From the NCBI GenBank assembly GCA_951406725.2, contig OX597814.1, forward strand, positions 128,278,001 to 128,342,000: 64,000 nucleotides of DNA. Direction: 5' to 3'. Position numbers and translations under genes: made by a program. The notes under the pieces were generated by a model. That model made no database searches, had not been told where the DNA came from, and saw only the letters and a list, made by a program, of their open reading frames with translations. Source of the DNA: Octopus vulgaris. Its lineage: Eukaryota. Positions 1 through 12,842 of this stretch are shown here, one piece after another; positions within the stretch are counted from its first letter, which is position 1; the number at the start of each line of letters is the position of its first letter.

Positions 1-492
1 GAAACTCTGCCAGATCAAGATTGGAGCCTGGTGCAGCCATCTAGTTTGCCAGCCCTCAGTCAAAATCGTCCAACCCATGCTAGCATGGAAAGCGGAGTTA
101 AACGATGATGATGATGATGATGATCAAGCAAGTTTCAACTGTACCATCTGGTTTTCATCTCAGTGTTCCTGAAGTGTCTGCAGGATTGTATTCTTATGTT
201 TGTGATGATTGAGGAAATATAAACTCTTTCTGTTGGTGTACTGCATCAGTTTGTTTTTTTATGAGATTTAGTTGCTTTTTTTCTTGTTATGTTAGTGTAT
301 GTCCTGTTGTGTGTGGTGAGTGTAATGTGAGTTATATTAATTCATGGAGCCATAAAAAAATTAAATAAAATGAAATAAATTTGCCCATCTTTTACACAAA
401 GACAAAACATCATGCATATGATAACACTTCCAATCAGTTAAGATCAGAAGCCATGAGAGCCAGTGCTTGGTACTGCATCAGAGCATTTATTA

Positions 493-527
<35 letters not shown>

Positions 528-1018
528 TTATTTATTTCTTTACTGCCCACAAGGGGCTAAACACAGAGGGAACAAACAAGGACAGACAAACGGATTAAGT
601 CGATTATATCGACCCCAGTGCGTAACTGGTACTTATTTAATCGACTCTGAAAGGATGAAAGACAGTCAGCCTCAGCGAAATTTGAACTCAGAACATAGCG
701 TCAGACGAAATACCGCTAAGCATTTCGCTTGGCGTGCTAACGTCTCTGCCAGCTCGCTGCCTTTATTGTTATTATTATTATTAAAGCAGCAAGCTGGCAG
801 AATTGTTAGCATGCCAGGCAAAATTCTTCATGGTATTTCATTTGTTTTTACGTTTCTGAGTTTAAATTCTGTTGAGGACAACTTTGCCTTCCCTTGGTTT
901 GGAGTTGATAAATTACCAATGAAACACTGGGGTCAATGTTATCGACTAGTTTCTCCCAAAAATTTCAGGCCTTATGCCTAAAGTAGAAAGGATTATTGTT
1001 ATTGTTAGTATTATTATG

Positions 1019-1053
<35 letters not shown>

Positions 1054-2624
1054 TATTATCAATAATATTAATATAGTTAGTTTTGTTTGTTTTTGTACGT
1101 ACCTGTGGTGGGTGTCACACTTCAAAGGAAGAGGTAAAAAGGTTGAAGGGACAGGTACAAAGAGAGGTACAAAGAGAAAGAGGTACAAAGTGAGAGAGAT
1201 GGGGACAGAGAGGGAGTGAGAGAGAGAGAATGAGCGGTGATTGAAAGGAAGAGGAAAAATGTATATCAGTATTTTCAGAGTAGACTGATACATACATCAA
1301 AAGAAAAGTAGATAAATAGACACATTGGTAAATTAAAGACAAATAACAACAGCAAATATTGGATGTCGCTTTCACTTTTCATTACCATGCTAGGATAAAA
1401 TTGACGTGAAAGTGGCTGAGTACTCCATAGACATGCATACCATCAACTTAGTTCTGAGAGAGATTCAGTCTCACACAGAATGTGACAAGGCTGGCCCCTT
1501 TGAATTACAGCTACTACTCATTTTGGCCATCAGAGTGGACTAGAGCAAGATAAACCTTCAAGTGGTTGGAAGAAAATGAAAAAAGATCCAATACAGGGGC
1601 ATGAAAATCTTTTTAGTCGTTAGGGTCACTATGGGTGTTAATCCGGTCTTAACAGTGGCCTATCTATCTGTCTGTCTGTTTTGTCTGTCTGATAGTTTTG
1701 TCTGTCTGACAGTTATTCTGTCTGTCTACCTCTCTCTCTCTGTCACCCTCTGTCTATCTGTCTCTCAGCAAATACCTGTGGATGTTACTGTTACTTTTAT
1801 ATACTTGAAGGGAGAGATAAAAATAAAAATAAGCAGAGAAGGTTTACTTGAAGTGAGCGGTAAAGCGAGAGAGAGAGAGGAGGGACAGAGAGTGAGTAAG
1901 ATAGATAGTGAGTGGTGACTGAAAGGAAGGTGACGTTTGTTTTGTGTTTTTAAATGTTTATCAGTATTATCAGAGCAGACAGATACATAACCACAACAAA
2001 TACTGGATGTTACTTTTAATTTCCTACAATGTAATTAACTACCATATTCTTCTATATACTGGGTCTTCAGCCAATATTGGACATTACTAAGGTGGTGAGC
2101 TGGCAGAAACATTAGCATGCCGGGCGAAATGCTTAACTGTATTTCATCTGTCTTTATGTACTGAGTTCAAATTCCGCCGAGGTTGACTTTGCCTTTCATC
2201 CTTTCGAGGTCGATCAATTAAGTACCAGTTACGCACAGGGGTTGATCTAATTGACTTAATCCATTTGTCTGTCCTTGTTTGTCCCCTCTATGTTTAACCC
2301 CTTGTTGGCAATAAGGAAATAAGAAACATTAGCATGTTGGGTGAAATGCTTAGCAGGTATTTCACCTGTCTTTACGTTCTGAGTTCAAATTCCACCGAGG
2401 TCGACTTTGCCTTTCATCCTTTCAGGGTTGATAAATTAAGAACTAGTGGTATACTGAGGTCAATCTAATTGACTGCCCCCATCCCCCAAAATTTTAGGCC
2501 TTGTGGCTAGAATAGAAAAGACTACTGGATATTACTGTCGGAAAGATTTCTCATGGCACCAGCATACAATTTACAAATGCTTACATTTTTTATGCTTTCC
2601 ATGAAGTTTCCACAGGTCCAGCTA

Positions 2625-2659
<35 letters not shown>

Positions 2660-2891
2660 TCTTCTTCTTATTATTATGAAGTTGGTGCTCTGGCAGAATG
2701 GTTAGAATGCCAGCCAAAATGCTTAGTGGAATTTTGTCCACCTTTATGTTCTGAGCTCAAATTCAAGGTCAACTTTGCCTTTCATTCTTTCAAAGTCAAC
2801 AAAATAAGTACCAGTTAATTACTGAGGCCAATGTAATTGACTAACTCAGCTCCCCTAAAAAATTTCAGGCCTAGTTCCTATAATGGAAAGG

Positions 2892-2927
<36 letters not shown>

Positions 2928-5169
2928 GACCCCCAGTTTTCAACTGGTACTTAATTTATCGACCCTGAAATGATGAAAGGCAATGTCAACTTTGATGGAA
3001 TTAGAACTCAGAACATGAAGAGAGATGAAATACTGCTAAAAATTTCGCCTGGTGTGCTAATGATTCTGCCAGCTTGCTGCCTTTAATGGTTTCAAATTTT
3101 GGCACAAGGCAAGCATTTTGGGGTAGGGGGTAAGTCGGTTATGACCCCAGAGGTCAACTGGTACTTATTTCATGAACCCAAAAGGATGAAAGGCAAAACT
3201 GACTCAGGCATAATGTAATGTATTGTAGTGAAAATGGTATTCCCCTTCTCATATGACAAAGTGGTATGACAGCCACTATAAAGTCAGACAGTCAGTCACT
3301 GTAGAAGTCAGTAGTAGTAGAGTCATTGTACAAGTTCTCATTTGGAGTCAGTGTCAGTTACGTGATATATACGAGTTTGAGTTACCATCAAGGTAGATGT
3401 TTCAAAGTCATTGTCTTGCAGAGCTATCAGCAATAGCACGATAGATGAGTTAAAGATTATAAGATGTGGAATACCGCCACAACATAATAGTGGCAACAAG
3501 AATATTATAATGCTGACAACAACATACAAGTGTGGGGTGTGGGGGTGCACAGGCGTGCGTGTTTGTGTCACCTTGTCTTGGATGTCATGCCATTGTTGTA
3601 ACTGTGTTACAAGTGGTGTCATTCATTTTCATTCATCCTTGAAAACATGTCTGGCTATGGGGAAATATTATCTTACTTGGAAACAGGTGAAGGTTGATGA
3701 CAGGAAGGGCATCCAGCCTCAACAAACTCTACCATACCCATGCAAGCATATAACAGAGGATGATGAAACTACAGTGATGATGATGATGCAGATGATAATG
3801 ACATGTGTTACAACAATGTAGAAAATGGATGCAAAATAAGGCATGGATAAGAAGTGAACTATGATGGACACCTACCTATACACTAAATACCTCACTTAAC
3901 TTATCAACTCTCATCTCGTTAACATATTTGTGCATGGCTTGAAAGTATGTGGCTTAGTGGGCAGGGTATTTGGCTCCAGATTGTAAAGTTGTGAGATCAA
4001 TTCCTGGTGGCATGTTGTGTCCTTGAACAAGACCTTTTATTTCATGTTGCTCTAGTCCACTCAACTGGTAAAAGTGAGTTGTACTTGTATTTTAAAGGGC
4101 CAGCCTTGTCGCATTTTGTATCATAGTGAATCTCCTTGAGAGCTATGTTAATTTCATGAGCAGGCTCTTTCATTGATCAGATCCCTTGTTGTTGTAAAAA
4201 GCCGGCACTCCAACATCTAAAATGGAGTGCCAGCTTTTTTTTTTTTTCTTTGGTCTCATTTACACCAACCAGTTTGACAGCTCTGATCAAACCATTTAAC
4301 TCATGCCAAAATGGAAACAGATGTTAAAGGACGATGATGATTTACTTAGTACAGCCAGTTTGCTAAGTATGATATCCTGTTAAAGACTTTTTCAAGGTCA
4401 GAGAATGCAAAGCATAGTGGTTTGCTCATAATTAAAAACTTCTATTATTGTCTCACTAGGAAGAGGCATCAGTGCTACTCTATCTTTGCACAAATCTAAA
4501 TTGCATCCCGTCTAAGTTAATTATCTTTCTAATCAACTGTGCTATACCTCTTTAGTTATAAATTTTGCAGTTGATTTTTCTAGAACATCTCACCCTTGCA
4601 GCAGTTGCTGATGGTACTACTCAGCCAGTCATTGAGAATAACCCACCCCTGTCCTACCGCACTGCCAGATCTACCATGTGACTAACATGTGTCTTACTTA
4701 ACTGTTTCCCTGTTGTCATAACCTTAATAGTTATTTTGACCATATAGTTTGCTTGAGGTAGTCCCTCTCTCCCATACATTGTCTTTATGTGGCAAAGCCT
4801 CCCCATGCTTCTTTCTCCTTACTGAGGGCAAGTACCACAGTTATTCTCATGTATAAGGTCATACTGGCCTGGCGCTCTACTTTGCAATCCAGAACAGTCA
4901 TAACACAAGTTCTCAGGTCACAGAATATTGTAGCTTTTTGTTTCCACTCCTTTCTAAGTAAATTTGATAACTAGCTTCTCTTCCGGCTACCAGATACTGT
5001 TTCTACTGTTTCTTACTTCAGCTTTGTTTTGCTTTTATGACTACCCACTATATTGTCACTACTACCATGTTATTTTCTCTCTAGCACAGTGATTCTCAAC
5101 TAGAGTCTAAATGACTTTTGCGTGTCCACATATGATTTCGTTAAAATTTATGAGCAATAAATGCATGTA

Positions 5170-5565
5170 GGCTCAGGAGTGGCTGTGTGGTAAGTAGCTT
5201 GCTTACCAACCACATGGTTCCGGGTTCAGTCCCACTGTGTGGCACCTTGGGCAAGTGTTTCTACTTTAGCCTCAGGCTGACCAAAGCCTTGTGAGTGGAT
5301 TTGGTAGACGGAAACTGAAAGAAACCCGTCGTATATATTTATATGTATGTGTGTGTGTGTGTGTGTTTGTGTTTGTCCCTTCCCAACATCGCTTGACAAC
5401 CGATGCTGGTGTGTTACGTCCCCGTAACTTAGCGGTTCGGCAAAAGAGACCGATAGAATAAGTACTAGGCTTACAAAGGATAAGTCCTGGGATCGATTAG
5501 CTCGACTAAAGGCGGTGCTCCAGCATGGCCACAGCCAAGTGACTGAAACAAGTAAAAGAGTAAGA
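5170..5565 (+). mobile_element. tRNA-derived SINE family A (about 400 bp)
   Basis: Head GGCGCAGGAGTGGCTGTGTGG..GGTTCAGTCCC, internal (TA)/(TG) microsatellite, tail GACTGAAACAAGTAAAAGAG; imperfect TSD GAGCAATAAAT. Confidence 0.9.
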
Positions 5566-5648
5566 GCAATAAATTGCGTATAATTCTACCATACACAAAA
5601 TACTTTACTTTTTTTATACAATTCCAAATAATACTTAATTATAAGAGT

Positions 5649-5985
5649 GTGAGGGCGCGTGGCTTAGTGGTTAGGGCATTCGGCTCATGATCGTAAGGTT
5701 GTGAGTTCGATTCCCGGCGACGCGTTGTGTCCTTGAGCAAGACACTTTATTTCACGTTGCTCCAGTCCACTCAGCTGGCAAAAATGAGTTGTACTTGTAT
5801 TTCAAAGGGTCAGCCTTGTCACTCTCTGTGTCACGCTGATTATCCCCGAGAACTACGTTAAGGGTACACGTGTCTGTGGAATGCTCAGCCATTTGCACGT
5901 TAATTTCACGAGCAAGCTGTTCCGTTGATCGTATCAGCTGGGACCCTCGTCGTCGTAACCGGCGGAGTCTTTGAAAAAAAAAAAA
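5649..5985 (+). mobile_element. Young tRNA-derived SINE, family D (older copies about 1400-1545 -, 3940-4200 +, 8640-8830 +, 44830-44960 -, 47340-47680 -, 51385-51617 -)
   Basis: A-box TGGCTTAGTGG, B-box GAGTTCGATTCC, core GTGTCCTTGAGCAAGACACTT, poly-A tail, 12-bp TSD AATTATAAGAGT. Confidence 0.9.
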
Positions 5986-6107
5986 AATTATAAGAGTATA
6001 AGATTTATTTTTAAACACTGTATGGCTATGAGGGTCTATCCGAGTGAAATAAAAATCAAAAAGGTCCATTTGTCTAGTTTGACCTTGCTACATCCACATA
6101 CCTTGCT

Positions 6108-6522
6108 AAGGCAGCGAACTGGCAGACACATTAGCACGCTGGGCGAAATGCTTAGTGTATTTTGTCTGCCACTACGTTCTGAGTTCAAATTCTGCTGAGG
6201 TTGACTTTGTCTTTCATCCTTTTGGGGTCGATTAAATAAGTACCAGTTACGCACTAGGGTCGATATAATTGACTTAATCCATTTGTCTGTCCTTGTTTGT
6301 CCTCTCTGTGTTTAGCCCCTTGTGGGTAGTAAAGAAATAGGTATTTCGTCTGCCGCTACGTTCTGAGTTCAAATTCTGCCGAGGCCGACTTTGTCTTTCA
6401 TCCTTTAGGGGCGATTAAATAAGTACCAGTTACGCACTGGGGTCAATATAATTGACTTAATCCATTTGTCTGTCCTTTTTGTCCTCTCTGTGTTTAGCCC
6501 CTTGTGGGTAGTAAAGAAATAG
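6108..6522 (+). mobile_element. tRNA-derived SINE family B, tandem dimer (other copies about 533-763 -, 784-992 +, 2089-2520 +, 2680-3200, 20465-21153 -, 22306-22520 +, 28868-29101 -, 29714-29895 +, 33520-33727 -, 38035-38462 +, 39185-39786 +, 40119-40335 +, 59170-59388 +, 63849-64000 -)
   Basis: Head AAGGCGGCGAGCTGGCAGAA..GAGTTCAAATTCC, body GTCGACTTTGCCTTTCATCCTTTCGGGGTCGA, tail AGCCCCTTGTGGGTAGTAAAGAAATA. Confidence 0.88.
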
Positions 6523-7027
6523 ATATCTTGCTAATGGCTTGCTGCATACTGTTTCATAGAAACTCCTACTTGTCTTCTATGTCAGGTTTTTATCTTCTCA
6601 ATATATGTGAAACCCAGTACTTCTGTGAACCTACATCTGACTAAGGCAACTTTCAGCTGCCATATTAGTCTTATGTCTCCGGATCATCTAGTTCTAACTT
6701 GAAAGCCACTAATCACTAATCTATGATGTGTGCTATATTCTTCACCAGGGAAGACTTAGTATTGACATCTATCAGACTATTCCACTTCCTGAAAAGCATC
6801 AACTTTATTTGGCTTGTGTGCTTAACAGTGTGGTGGGCTTTAAGGTGTCTACCTCTTTACTAAAGTTAATGTTGAAAACAATAAAACTATTAGATCATTT
6901 GCATCACACAACTCCAGAAGCCTTAATCCCTCTTCATTCTGTGTACAATAATCACAGCATCAGTGTACAATGGAATTGCTATCACGGTGTCAAACCATCT
7001 AAACCATACCACCATAGAAAATGAACA

Positions 7028-8025
7028 TGTAGCAGACTCTTAGTGAAACATCCTCTCTATCTGACATATATAACACAAATACAGACGTAGCAGATAACAG
7101 CTAGCCTTCAGCCGCTTAGGCCCAGTTATGTCCACTACTCTGATTGGTTGGTATTGGTGCATTTTGTCTCTTGCTTTATTTCGCGCCAATGTGCGACCCA
7201 ACCAATTGTAACCTTCTGATAAGGTCCCGTGACACTGTTTTTCTAAAGCTCTGTTTGAGCCTACTATTTGTTATAAAACCCAGCGATTCATCGAATTGCA
7301 TGTCTTTGGTTCTCCAACCACTAACCACAGAGCACTTAAGCAGTTCCCGCGATGCAGCCATGTTCCAGCGACACCAACACTAGCAGCATTTCAGGACCTT
7401 CTCCACTGTCGCCTTCATCTTGACGTTGTCTCCCCCACCGTCGCCTTCATCTTAACAGCGCCACAGCAATTTCATTTAGGTTTAACTTCACGCTGTTTGT
7501 GAATATTCATCATGGTTAACAGCAAGTCTACCTGTGAGAACCTTCTGTACCAAGTAACCCGGCACAGCATAGAAGCCAAAACCTCTACACATGTAGTAAC
7601 CGGTTCTGCCTTGTGACCTCAACCTCTTGTACAGAATTCCAACTATTGCGTTCATTACTACGAACTGGTATTTACCTTCATCTTGTATCTGATCTTCTTC
7701 TAGCGTCCTGATAGACTCATTTCTATGCTCTGTATTTTATCACACACACATACACATTATTGTATGCTTGAAGGCCTGTCTATTGTCTATTATTATTGTT
7801 CTTATTATATATGTACTTATGACACAGACACACACTCTGCTACTCACATGTTAACATCTAAATAAAACCTTTCTCTTAACATATTACGATTGTGTCGTCT
7901 TCTCTCTTTTCCTTTTTGGCACTCTTATTCATTTATCCATATTTTGATTTTATTGTAAGGCGACCGTGCGGTGTTTAAAGGAGTCGTTCGTTCGTCACCA
8001 TCTCCTTTCGCACGGTCGTTCTACA
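7028..8025 (+). mobile_element. Solo LTR (998 bp), probably Ty3/gypsy-type
   Basis: TGTAG...CTACA termini; 4-bp TSD AACA (7024-7027, 8026-8029); CCAAT boxes 7140-7206; TATAAAA 7272; AATAAA 7861. Confidence 0.85.
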
Positions 8026-9959
8026 AACATAAAAGCATGACGACAATGAAAAGGATGATATGACTGCTTCAATAAGTGTGTGGATTTGAGTGGGGAATAT
8101 GTTGAATAATATCACAATTAATGATCCTCCTGTATTTTCTTTTACCCAAAGCCGGAAACTTTTCACCACCACCCCAACCCTCATAGATATAGGCATACGC
8201 ACACAAGTTTGTTCCCTTCCATCTTTGTCACCTCATAACTTTCAGGAAGATGGAGATTTCTTGATGAAATTTTCTACAAATACCTATCAGATGGTGTAGA
8301 TTACGAATATATCAGAATTTAATGTGGAAAAAAATTTTTTTAAAGTGGCGTGAACACATACGAAGTGACATACATTACATATACAAAGTGAAACCTAAAA
8401 TTCTGAAAAAAAAAAAATTTTTGATGTGAGTCTATGGATTATGTGACTTGGCCACCATTTTTACACATCAAATTCCAACATAATCATAATTTTCATTATC
8501 TTAAACGTATTTGTTGAAAATTTTCCGTAAAAAATCGTTTTTCTGGAAGTTATACGGAAACAGATTTGGTAAGTGCGCATTTGTGTAGGTATGCCTGCCT
8601 GCCTACCTACCTACCTCCATCCATCCATCCATCCATCTATTCAGCTAACAAAAATGAGTAGTACCTGTATTTCAAAGGGCCAACCTTGTCATCTTCTGTG
8701 TCACGCTGAATCTCCCTGATAACTGAGTTAAGGGTACACGTGTCTGTGGAGTGCTCACGTTAATTTCACGAGCAGGCTGTTCCGTTGATCGGATCAACTG
8801 GAACCCTTGTCGTCGTAACTGACGGAGTACCAGTTTACATGTATATATATAGGGAGAGTTTTCTAACAGAGGCATGATGAGCATCGTCAATTAGATTAAC
8901 CTGTATTCTCAAATGATATTTGTTTCAGCAACCCTGAGGGAAGAGGGAAAAAGTTTACTTCGCCAAGATTTAAACTCGGAACGTAATTGTACTCAACGAA
9001 ATACCACAAGAAACTTTGCTACTTTATGAAACTCCTTTAACGAACTCACTCGACAGATACCCAACTCCGAACCAATATTTTACTGTGAAGTGTAAAGTTA
9101 TAGAATCGAAAGATGGCCCTGATGACCAGGTTACTTCGATTGCTTGTTGAACCCTTTCTTTCAAAGTGATACCTTTGAGAAAGGCAGAAACGTCATATAA
9201 TTTCCTTTCCTTTTCTACTCCGAATCCTGACTTGTTTGCCTATATTCGTAATCAATCGGTTTTACTGTAAGTAGTTTTACTTTCCTCGTGGCAGACAACG
9301 AGACGGACAAGTGTGTTCTGTTAACGAGGTTTTAAAATACCAATCAATGAATCGTCGTGACAACAGCAATCCTTCTAAAATAAACAGAGTTATTTTTTCA
9401 GGTTGACGAGAGGAATCTTAATAACATATTTGAAATAGCTAAGAGCAGCATTTAAAGTGCAGACGATTAAAGTTAGATGTTTAATTGTTAAAAGTGGGCG
9501 GGGTAAGAAAATGGAATGTAAATGCAACACGATTAACTAATTCAGTTATAAGCTCTATTTACAAGTCTATATTTGGTTTATCTCATTTTGAACCTGTGAT
9601 TATTCTCCTTGGAACAAATTTACCGATCAGGAGAAGAATCCCGACGGTAAAGGGTTTGTTCCAGCCCATGCGTAAATGTAGTGATTGACTTTTGATGTAC
9701 CGAATATGAATCAGGAAGTAAACTTTTGTTACCAGATCAAATAAACTTAGTTGTGTTACAAATAGTTAATATGAAATTGATACATTAACTTAATTAGCAA
9801 ACGTTATTAAAATACCTCTTATGCAATTAAGCATTGAATACTATTTGATATGCAACTGTTTACAAAAAAAGTTATTCCTTCTAAGAAGTTTCACCCTAGT
9901 TGACATTGGCTATCATTTTACGGTGAAATGAATGAATAACATGATTTAACAATACATAC

Positions 9960-10058
9960 CCGTCCCCATATTCGAACTGTTGATTTAGCAGTTATAGGTC
10001 CGATGTTGTAACGTGTAGGTTCCGTGGACAGGGTGATTTCGTTGTCTTCAGCAGCCAT
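9960..10058 (-). CDS. Putative first coding exon of an unidentified divergent gene
   Basis: CAAAATGG start; MAAEDNEITLSTEPTRYNIGPITAKSTVRIWGR then CGG|GTATGT donor, phase 0; lies in unique, CpG-rich DNA. Confidence 0.55.
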
Positions 10059-10490
10059 TTGAGGCTATTTACTTCTCATATGACTGGCCTACTGAAAATG
10101 TTTTTGTTGTCAGATCACATGGTTGTTGACGACTCTTGTCGCCGCCAGTCGGAGTGGAGGAGGATTATAACCGCAATGACGTCGATAAAGTTGCTGGTGA
10201 GGCGATAAAAAAAAAAGAGAACTGGTGTTAAAGGTGTGTGCAGAGCCGATTAGGTTCTAAGCTCGTAGTTATCCACCAACACTTGTAATACTTCGCAGTA
10301 CAGTCGGGCAGCAAGCAGCCTGTCAGGAAATATACACATTCACTTAAAAGTGTGCTTGCGATGATAATTTCTATTTTGATTGTTCGCCCTTAACACATGC
10401 ACAAATGCTCACCCAATCTCCGTCACACACACACACGCATGTACACATGCACGTACGCACGCACTTACGCACACGCGCGCATTGTTTTGT

Positions 10491-10540
<50 letters not shown>
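10059..10540 (-). promoter_or_regulatory. CpG-rich putative 5' UTR/promoter of the minus-strand gene
   Basis: Non-repetitive CpG-rich segment followed by (CA)n/(GT)n(GA)n tracts; similar layout to the ACY1 5' end. Confidence 0.35.
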
Positions 10541-10541
<1 letters not shown>

Positions 10542-10959
10542 TGCTTTTTAAATGATTATCCAGTGCGGCAAATTTAAATTTATACACACAGCTGTTTTGC
10601 TACATAGTATCGGCCGAACACACACATACGTACGTATGTATATGGCATTCTTTCGGAGAAACTCTATCAAAATGGAAAGTTTTTGTTCGACAATGTCCAT
10701 AATTTTTTTACATTTCTTTAAGTTTTTCTCTTCCGGTCGAATCACTTATGTTTATGTATTTTGTTGTGTATATGTGTGTGTATGCATGTATATTTGTGTA
10801 TGTATGAGTATGTATAACACATACAGAATCATGCATACATGCATGAAATACATACATAAACAAAAATTACATAAACATAAGCGATTGGGCTGAAAAAATT
10901 TAAGATGGAAAATACCGAACCAATACTTAAACTTTCGCTTGACTTTCTGCTAAAAGAAT

Positions 10960-10961
<2 letters not shown>

Positions 10962-11016
<55 letters not shown>
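10962..11016. repeat. (TA)n microsatellite (others at about 23814, 53143, 53408, 53637; (CTA)n at 2893; many (ATT)n and (GA)n tracts)
   Basis: Direct observation. Confidence 0.95.
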
Positions 11017-11017
<1 letters not shown>

Positions 11018-11018
<1 letters not shown>

Positions 11019-11866
11019 TAGCTGACGTACCTGGTAATTTCCAGGAAAGCGGGGCTTGTCCCTTGGTTCAATTCTCATAATTGTTTCGCTAATCCAATAA
11101 TAACAATACAAAGTATGTAGCCCTTAAAACGGTTTTTGTGCATTTACAGAGAATATTGAACTGTCTTACACAGGATCTTGTTTTTAGGAATTCCCAGTAA
11201 GTTATGAATACCCAAATTATGAAGTCAGTTATGCAATAACATGAAATTAATTACCCGATAGAAAGAATCCAAATAAAGTAGCCCCGAAAAAGGCTTTGAG
11301 GCGTTCCCAGAGTATATAGGAAGAAATACTAAAAATATATGTATACTAAAATCGTAAAGCATGTTATGTAATAACAGGCTAATCAGATATGAGATAATAA
11401 AAATTCGAAATAAGTGATTCTGAAAAGGGCTTTTGTGTGTTCCCAGAGAATATTACCCTCAGTGGCGCTAGTGTTGGTATATTCGTGAATAAGTCAGTAA
11501 CCGAAATAAGTGGATCTATTGTTTAGGAAAATACTATTTACTTGTTTAAGGGTTGTACAGGATAAATTGCGAAAATAACTCTAACAGTTCAAATACTAAG
11601 AAATAAGCAAGCTCAATTTGATTTTTACCAAATAATTTAAGAATATGAACGGGTTATTTTACATGGCTTTTAAAATAAAATATGCTAGATATATATATAT
11701 GAGGATCCATTCCAGGGTCCCTATTATCGATGTTTCAACAATTTGAGTATGCCATGAGGTTTCCAGACAGGAGTTCTACTCATGTGTCAAGTTTCATCAA
11801 AATCAATAAAACGATGTCGGAGGAGTTAACTAACAACTCCACAAACACACCCACAGACAGAGTAGA
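11018..11866 (-). mobile_element. Non-autonomous Helitron-like element
   Basis: Minus strand starts TC and ends CCTGGAAATTACCAGG hairpin + CTAG; inverted homologous segment at about 12375-12715. Confidence 0.6.
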
Positions 11867-11915
11867 TATGTGTGTGTGTGGGGGGGACATGTATGTATAT
11901 ATATATATATGTATA

Positions 11916-12355
11916 TATCTATTATATAAAATCCGTTCTGTCAGTCTGTGTGTGTCTTCTAGGATCTCGGACATCCTCCATCCGATTGCGCTCAAATTTG
12001 ATATGTAGATACCGACGGTATCAGGACGTGTATAAGCCTTGAAAAGATTACAAAAGTCGATTCTAGATGAGAATGCGATCAATAAAGCCGTGGGAACGTG
12101 CATTTGTACGCGCAAGTACATCAGCTGTGCAAAAGATAGATATCGTCCTTGCGAACCAACAGTCGAAACGCATAGAACTCCATTTGCGAGAATTTTTTGA
12201 ATGGTTGGACAGGCAGCAGAGCTACTGGATCACACCTGGGTATATCAATGCTGTAACCATCGTCGCCAAAAGGAAAAACATTTCCTGCCATTCAAGGAGG
12301 ATGTTATGCTTTGTCACTCAGCAGCCTCCATTGGACAGGGGGGGTTTTGCTCGCA
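11916..12355 (+). mobile_element. Helitron-like 5' fragment
   Basis: Starts TCTATATTATATAAAA..CTGTCAGTCTGTGTGTGTC, typical of non-autonomous Helitron 5' ends. Confidence 0.5.
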
Positions 12356-12842
12356 TATATATATATATATATATACTACATATGTGGAAAATTCTGTCTG
12401 TGGGTGTGTTTGTGGGTTTGTTACCTAATTCCTCCATCATCGTTTTATCGATTTTTATGAAACTTGACACGTGAGTAGAACTCATGCCTGGAAACCTAGT
12501 AACATACTTAGATTGTTGAAAAAAAATTGATAATAGAGCCTCTGGAAGGGATCCTTATATCTACTACATATAACTAACATATTTCATTTAAACATCCAAG
12601 GGAAATAACCCGTTCGCTCCCGGAAAGGATCCTTAATATAGTCAAGGTAAATAACCCATTCATCTTTGTAAATTATTTGGTATAAATCAAATTGAGTATG
12701 CTTATTTCTTAGTATAGGGGTAAAATACATGTAAGGGATATTAAATATTTGAATAATTTACTGGTTTATATTACCTTTATCAATAACAATGTTATTCCAA
12801 TAGGTAAATATGATAAACATACAGTTTATTAATATATAAATA

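Noticed and set aside
463-981. 172-aa ORF and most other ORFs in the track
   Set aside because: Read through SINEs and microsatellites (poly-L/I/H/Y tracts); no domain or splice support
5652-5725. tRNA gene
   Set aside because: A/B boxes present, but it continues into a SINE body with poly-A tail and TSD
7975-8299. ORFs 7975-8202 (-) and 8090-8299 (+)
   Set aside because: Span the LTR end and a MITE-like remnant; no recognisable protein
9050-9374. Coding exon using the stronger minus-strand acceptor at 9375
   Set aside because: Splicing from the 9960 donor meets TAA after 17 codons; could only be non-coding or NMD-inducing
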